In this document: piece by piece, positions 59,241-64,000 of the stretch
Position numbering within the stretch: the first letter of the stretch is position 1
How the letters are laid out: each line of letters starts with the position of its first letter
Source of the DNA: Thermodesulfobacteriota bacterium
Lineage (GTDB): Bacteria > Desulfobacterota_D > UBA1144 > Nemesobacterales > UBA2774
DNA: 64,000 nt
Reading direction: 5' to 3'
Assembly: GCA_035325995.1 (NCBI GenBank)
Contig: DAOKYU010000009.1
Location: 21,286 to 85,285, forward strand
Made by a program: the position numbers and the translations under genes
Notes under the pieces: model-generated
Told to the model about the DNA's origin: nothing
The model's database searches: none
The model's input: the letters and a program-made list of their open reading frames with translations, nothing else

Positions 59241-60130
59241 TCAGCGTAAAAACAGGCATTCGTGCGGAAGAGGTTCGGCTCCAAAGTCAGCATGTGCTTT
59301 TTGTCGAAGGAAAGGACAGGAACTCGGTCGATCCTAATGTTTTGGGTGAACTGTTTGACCGGAGCATAAAAATTGAGACTCTTGGACCATCGTTTTCCGT
59401 AAGAAGTGTTGCGGAAGCTCTCTTCAGCTACCACCCAACCTACTATTTTTTGATCGACCGAGATCATCACGATAATGACTTCATAGATCGTTGCTGGGGA
59501 AACTTTCCTGACCCCGCAACACACAATCTCTTGGTTTGGCGTCGTCGTGAGATTGAGAACTACTTCTTGGAGCCGGAGTACCTGTTCCAATCGAAGTTTT
59601 GTCGTGTCAGCCAGGACGAGTTGGAACGGAAGGTTCTGCAGTGCGCCAATGAGCGATTATTTCTCGATGCGGCTAACCATGTAGTGACGTCAATTCGTGA
59701 AGAGCTCAAGCGGAACTGGATTCAGAAGTTCTCCAACCCTGCAGAATTTTCAAGTAGGGAAACAGCCCTGCAGAGGCTGAAAAGCGCCAATGAATTCGAT
59801 CAGCATCGCACGAATGTGGATCAAAAAGTCTCTGCCGATGAGGTGGAACGTCGTTTCCACGAATACCTTGGAATCATGACGGGCGGGCAAGAGCAACTCG
59901 CTTTCGGGGTTGGCGATTGGCTTCATATGGTCCAGGGCAAGAAGGTTCTTGCTCAAGTCATCAATTCGGGCTGCTTTCAAGTGCAGGCAACTGATGGGAC
60001 GTCCGTTACGGGTCGAGAGAAAATCAATGAAGTCGTAAAGGATCTACTTCAAAAAGATCCCAGCATACAACCCGCCGACTTTGTTGCCCTGAAGCAGCTC
60101 ATCGACACAAGAATCAATGGAGCGAGCTGA
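59237..60130 (+). CDS. TOPRIM (DUF4435-like) nuclease partner (AriB-like)
   Basis: VLFVEGKD, YFLIDRD (DxD), REIENYFLEPEYL motifs. ATGA-coupled to the ATPase gene. Confidence 0.5.
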   Translation: MISVKTGIRAEEVRLQSQHVLFVEGKDRNSVDPNVLGELFDRSIKIETLGPSFSVRSVAEALFSYHPTYYFLIDRDHHDNDFIDRCWGNFPDPATHNLLVWRRREIENYFLEPEYLFQSKFCRVSQDELERKVLQCANERLFLDAANHVVTSIREELKRNWIQKFSNPAEFSSRETALQRLKSANEFDQHRTNVDQKVSADEVERRFHEYLGIMTGGQEQLAFGVGDWLHMVQGKKVLAQVINSGCFQVQATDGTSVTGREKINEVVKDLLQKDPSIQPADFVALKQLIDTRINGAS

Positions 60131-60227
60131 CTATGAGGCGCGTTACATTCAAAACCTCACCAATAATCGACATAAACTTGTCCGACATGGGTGCTTGTAA
60201 TTGCTTAGCGTGGATTGGAGGGGAATA

Positions 60228-62063
60228 ATGTTTCTCAGGGAAGTCATTCTAAAAAATTTTCGAGGATACAAAAACGAACACCGAATCCCCATCGACCAGC
60301 TAACAGCGTTTATCGGGAAAAATGATGCTGGGAAGTCCTCCATCTTTGATGCTTTGGCCGTCTTTTTTGATCATCCATTGGGAAAAATCGACGCTTCAGA
60401 TATCTGTGTTCACGCCGGGGCCAACGGCGAATTAAGAATCGGCTGCGTTTTTTCGGATTTTCCTGATTCGATCACAATTGACGCATCTTCGGTCACAACG
60501 CTTGCAGACGAATATCTGCTGAATGTCGGTGGTGCGCTTGAGATCCATAAAGTCTACGAATTTTCGGACGGAACGCTAAAGAAGCCAAAAGTATTTGCAA
60601 TTGCCAACCATCCAACGGCAAATGGCTTCGATGGCTTGTTATCAAAAAAGAACGCTGAATTGAAAAAAGCGGGCGAAGCCGCGAATATCGATGCCGGAGT
60701 CGATAAACGTTCTAATGCAGCCCTTAGAAGGGCCATTTGGGGAAGTGCAGACGATTTGAAATTGGGCCATTCCGAAATCCAACTGGATAAGGAAGATGCC
60801 AAAGCCATCTGGGAACAGCTCTCCAAATACCTGCCCGAATACGCCCTTTTCCGAGCAGACCGCCCGTCAACAGACGAAGACTCAGAAGTCCAGGACCCAC
60901 TAAAGGTCGCCATAAAACAGGCAATCGAAGAAGTACAAGCTGAACTGGACGCGGTGAAGGAAAAGGTTAAAGCACGCACGCTTGATGTGGCCAATCGTAC
61001 CATCACGAAGCTTGCTGATTTTGATAGTACGCTTTCATCGCAGCTCAACCCGAATTTCAAATCTGATCCAAAATGGGACGGCCTTTTCAAACTCTCTCTA
61101 ACTGGAGACGATGAAATACCAATCAATAAGAGGGGCAGCGGTGTCCGGAGATTGGTTCTATTCAGCTTTTTCCGCGCTGAAGCTGAACGGCTTCGAGAAG
61201 AGCATAAAAAAGGGAATATTATTTACGCAGTGGAAGAGCCGGAGACTGCGCAGCATCCAGACAACCAGCGAAAAGTAATCGAAGCATTGCAGGCTATCGC
61301 CGAGGCGGATGGCTGCCAAGTTATGCTTACCACGCACGTCCCGGCATTGGCGTCACTACTTCCAATCAATTCAATTCGATATGTATGTTCTCACGACCTA
61401 AATGGCAGAGATGTCTGTATCGCAGACGATGATGTAATCAAGACCGTTGTCGCTGACCTGGGAATCATACCTGACAAGCGCGCAAAGGTTTTGGTGTGTG
61501 TAGAAGGTCCGCATGACCTTCAATTTTTAAGACGGATCAGTAGCTTGCTCCGGGCGGAGGACGACTCCGTCATTGATATGTTTGTCGACCCAAGAGTCGC
61601 TCTGGTCGTCTTGGGTGGAAGCACTTTGAAGGAATGGGTAAATCAGCATTACTTGAAAAATGTAGGACTTCCAGAGGTCCACATTTACGACCGTGATGAG
61701 CTGAAAAATGGGAAGTACAAATATCAGGACGATAAAGATGCGGTAAACGCAAGAGGTGACGGATCTATTGGGTTCCTGACCGCAAAGCGGGAGATGGAGA
61801 ATTACCTCCACATTGATGCAATTAGTGAAGCGTTGCAGCCTGTTGTTGGCTTCAACTTCACTTTTGCGCTTTCAGACGACTGCGATGTTGAAACCGAGAT
61901 AAAAACACTGCTGAACGGTCAAGGAAAGATTCAGAGGCGTTCGATTAAACATTGGCTTAACGAAGACGCGGCAAGTCGAATGAACATAGATCGCTTGAAA
62001 GAGCGAAACGGCTATGACGAGATCAAAGGTTGGTTTACCGAGATCGCAAATAGGGTCGTTTGA
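60228..62063 (+). CDS. class-1 OLD-family ATP-dependent endonuclease (ABC ATPase + TOPRIM)
   Basis: Walker A GKNDAGKSSIFDAL. C-terminal TOPRIM VLVCVEGPHDLQFL ... REMENYLH. Low-GC. Confidence 0.7.
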   Translation: MFLREVILKNFRGYKNEHRIPIDQLTAFIGKNDAGKSSIFDALAVFFDHPLGKIDASDICVHAGANGELRIGCVFSDFPDSITIDASSVTTLADEYLLNVGGALEIHKVYEFSDGTLKKPKVFAIANHPTANGFDGLLSKKNAELKKAGEAANIDAGVDKRSNAALRRAIWGSADDLKLGHSEIQLDKEDAKAIWEQLSKYLPEYALFRADRPSTDEDSEVQDPLKVAIKQAIEEVQAELDAVKEKVKARTLDVANRTITKLADFDSTLSSQLNPNFKSDPKWDGLFKLSLTGDDEIPINKRGSGVRRLVLFSFFRAEAERLREEHKKGNIIYAVEEPETAQHPDNQRKVIEALQAIAEADGCQVMLTTHVPALASLLPINSIRYVCSHDLNGRDVCIADDDVIKTVVADLGIIPDKRAKVLVCVEGPHDLQFLRRISSLLRAEDDSVIDMFVDPRVALVVLGGSTLKEWVNQHYLKNVGLPEVHIYDRDELKNGKYKYQDDKDAVNARGDGSIGFLTAKREMENYLHIDAISEALQPVVGFNFTFALSDDCDVETEIKTLLNGQGKIQRRSIKHWLNEDAASRMNIDRLKERNGYDEIKGWFTEIANRVV

Positions 62064-64000
62064 TGAATCAATCGCTTTGGCAATATAGCACCGTTCATAA
62101 CAGCGCCTGCAAGGTCATCGAGGAACAGATCTTGTGGGGGCAGACGGTGTGCCGTGTCTGGTTGCCGAACCAGGACGCGGTGGTGCGCGTGCCCCGCTCC
62201 GCTTTGCGGCCGCTGAGTGCCGACCTGCAGCCGGAGATCGAGGCCGGACGCATTGCCTATGTGGCCGCCGCAGCCAAGGTAGCCGAGGTGCTTGAAGGCT
62301 CCACCAGCGCCACCGACGGTCATGTGCTGCTGGCTCCCATGGAGTCCAACGTCATTCCGCTGCCGCACCAGATCCACGCCTTGTCCCGTGCCATCTCCGG
62401 CGACCGCGTGCGCTACCTGCTGGCCGACGAGGTGGGTCTCGGTAAGACCATCGAGGCCGGTCTGGTCATGCGCGAGCTAAAACTGCGCGGGCTGGTTCGG
62501 CGAATCCTGGTCGTCTCTCCCAAAGGTATCGCTACCCAGTGGGTTGCGGAAATGCAGACCCATTTCAACGAGCAGTTCCAGCTTGTGCTGGGCGACGACA
62601 TCGGCACCTTGCAGCGTCTGGCTCCAGGGGCTGACCAGCGGAACTCAGCCTGGTCGATGTTCGATCAGGTCATCGTTTCCCTGGATTCGGTCAAGCCCAT
62701 GGACAAGCGGCGCGGTTGGACCGCCGAGCGCGTTGCCGAATACAACCGCAGCCGGTTCGAGGATCTGATTACCGCCGGTTGGGATCTGGTGGTGGTGGAC
62801 GAAGCGCACCGCCTGGGCGGCAGCACCGATCAGGTCGCCCGCTACAAACTCGGCAAGGGCCTGGCGGAAGCCGCGCCCTATGTGCTGCTCCTTTCGGCGA
62901 CTCCCCACCAGGGGAAGACCGACGCCTTTCATCGCCTGATGAACCTGCTGGATGACGACGCCTTTCCGGATATGGACAGCGTCTCCCGTGAGCGGGTGGC
63001 CCCGTATGTCATCCGCACCGAAAAGCGCAAGGCCATCGATGCCGACGGCAAGCCGCTCTTCAAACCCCGGCGCACGCAGATGGCCCCGGTGGCCTGGGAG
63101 AGCCGTCATCACCTGCAGCAACTCCTCTACGAGGCAGTGACCGACTATGTGCGCGAGGGCTACAACCAGGCCCTGCGCGAGAAGAAGCGCCACATCGGCT
63201 TCCTGATGATCCTGATGCAGCGTCTGGTGGTCTCCAGCACCCGGGCGATCCGCACTACGCTGGAACGGCGACTTGCCGCACTCAAGGAAGGCGAACAGCA
63301 GGCCAGCCTGCGCCTGGCGGAGCTGGAAAACGGTACGGGGGGATCGGAAAGCCCAGACGATGAAATGGCCGAGCTCTACGACATGGACGGCCAGGAGCTG
63401 CTCGATGAGCTGCTGAAGTCTCATGTGTCGGCTCTGCAGAGCGAAGGCAGCCATGTAGAGACCCTGCTCGATGCGGCGGTTCGCTGTGAACAGGCTGGAC
63501 CGGACGCCAAGGCCGAGGCGTTGATCGAGTGGGTCTACGAGCTGCAAGCCGAGGAAAACGAGCCGGACCTGAAGGTGTTGATCTTCACCGAGTTCGTGCC
63601 CACCCAGCAGATGCTGAAGGAGTTTCTGGAAGCCCGGGGCATATCGGTCGTCACCCTGAACGGCTCCATGGATATGGAGGAACGCAAGCAGGCCCAGGAC
63701 GCCTTCCGCAAATCGCACCGCGTGCTGGTTTCCACCGACGCGGGCGGTGAGGGTCTGAACCTGCAGTTTGCCCATGTCATCATCAACTACGACATCCCCT
63801 GGAACCCGATGCGGCTGGAACAGCGAATCGGCCGTGTGGACCGTATCGGGCAGCCCAAGAAGGTGCGGGCAATCAATTTCGTGTTTGAGGATTCGGTCGA
63901 GTTCCGGGTCCGCGAAGTGCTGGAGCAGAAGCTCTCGGTGATCTTCGACGAGTTCGGTATCGACAAGACCGGCGACGTACTCGACTCCGCCCAAGCCGGT
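62063..64000 (+). CDS. SNF2-family helicase (3' end beyond window)
   Basis: LLADEVGLGKT (motif I), VVDEAHRL (DEAH), LLLSATP (III). Helicase-C region with INYDIPWNP...QRIGRVDRIGQ. Confidence 0.75.
   Translation, partial: MNQSLWQYSTVHNSACKVIEEQILWGQTVCRVWLPNQDAVVRVPRSALRPLSADLQPEIEAGRIAYVAAAAKVAEVLEGSTSATDGHVLLAPMESNVIPLPHQIHALSRAISGDRVRYLLADEVGLGKTIEAGLVMRELKLRGLVRRILVVSPKGIATQWVAEMQTHFNEQFQLVLGDDIGTLQRLAPGADQRNSAWSMFDQVIVSLDSVKPMDKRRGWTAERVAEYNRSRFEDLITAGWDLVVVDEAHRLGGSTDQVARYKLGKGLAEAAPYVLLLSATPHQGKTDAFHRLMNLLDDDAFPDMDSVSRERVAPYVIRTEKRKAIDADGKPLFKPRRTQMAPVAWESRHHLQQLLYEAVTDYVREGYNQALREKKRHIGFLMILMQRLVVSSTRAIRTTLERRLAALKEGEQQASLRLAELENGTGGSESPDDEMAELYDMDGQELLDELLKSHVSALQSEGSHVETLLDAAVRCEQAGPDAKAEALIEWVYELQAEENEPDLKVLIFTEFVPTQQMLKEFLEARGISVVTLNGSMDMEERKQAQDAFRKSHRVLVSTDAGGEGLNLQFAHVIINYDIPWNPMRLEQRIGRVDRIGQPKKVRAINFVFEDSVEFRVREVLEQKLSVIFDEFGIDKTGDVLDSAQAG

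Noticed and set aside
62645-63994. 449-aa minus-strand ORF at window end
   Set aside because: The plus strand over the same span encodes a clear SNF2 helicase with DEAH and helicase-C motifs; the minus ORF is an antisense artefact.

Overview
High-GC (~63%) window that reads as a temperate contractile-tailed phage (Mu/P2-like morphogenesis) followed by a defense island. Coding is almost entirely on the + strand.

Left end, 1-5.4 kb: the C-terminal part of a primase/helicase-like P-loop protein; a promoter-driven AAA-ATPase + RloB (TOPRIM) defense pair; an iteron-like array (at least 12 TGCGGTGG octamers and one TGCGGTGA variant) flanking a 50-bp AT-rich block (candidate oriV); a small Mor/C-like HTH activator; and a TerS-like gene.

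5.4-7.5 kb: two pairs of 26-bp direct repeats, one carrying a dif-like GTGCGCATAA arm, next to a minus-strand XerC/D-like tyrosine recombinase plus a stand-alone integrase N-domain ORF.

7.6-47.3 kb: a lipoprotein, then TerL, portal, a 1529-aa MuF/SPP1-gp7 head protein with a long effector-like C-terminal extension, a Dam-like MTase fused to prohead protease and scaffold, major capsid, connectors, sheath, tube, chaperone with a -1 frameshift, tape measure, baseplate hub, M15 peptidase, DUF1353, gpV spike, PAAR, Ig-like proteins, gpW, gpJ, gpI and tail fibers. A conserved ~36-bp motif (CCTCCGACACATCGCC-N4-5-CTTCCGGTAAGTAACC) occurs six times, each ahead of a late-gene module.

47.5-50.3 kb: cargo operon of amidoligase / unknown / class-II glutamine amidotransferase / GGCT.

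50.4-64 kb: HTH gene, then a BrxC/PglY-like ATPase, a Zn-ribbon N6-adenine MTase with a mosaic low-GC core, and an SNF2 helicase that runs off the window. No PglZ is present. A four-helix-bundle gene, a low-GC PARIS-like ATPase+TOPRIM pair and a class-1 OLD nuclease are nested inside this system.

No rRNA, tRNA or CRISPR was recognised. Prophage att sites and a lysis cassette were not identified. All domain calls come from reading motifs by eye and need HMM confirmation.
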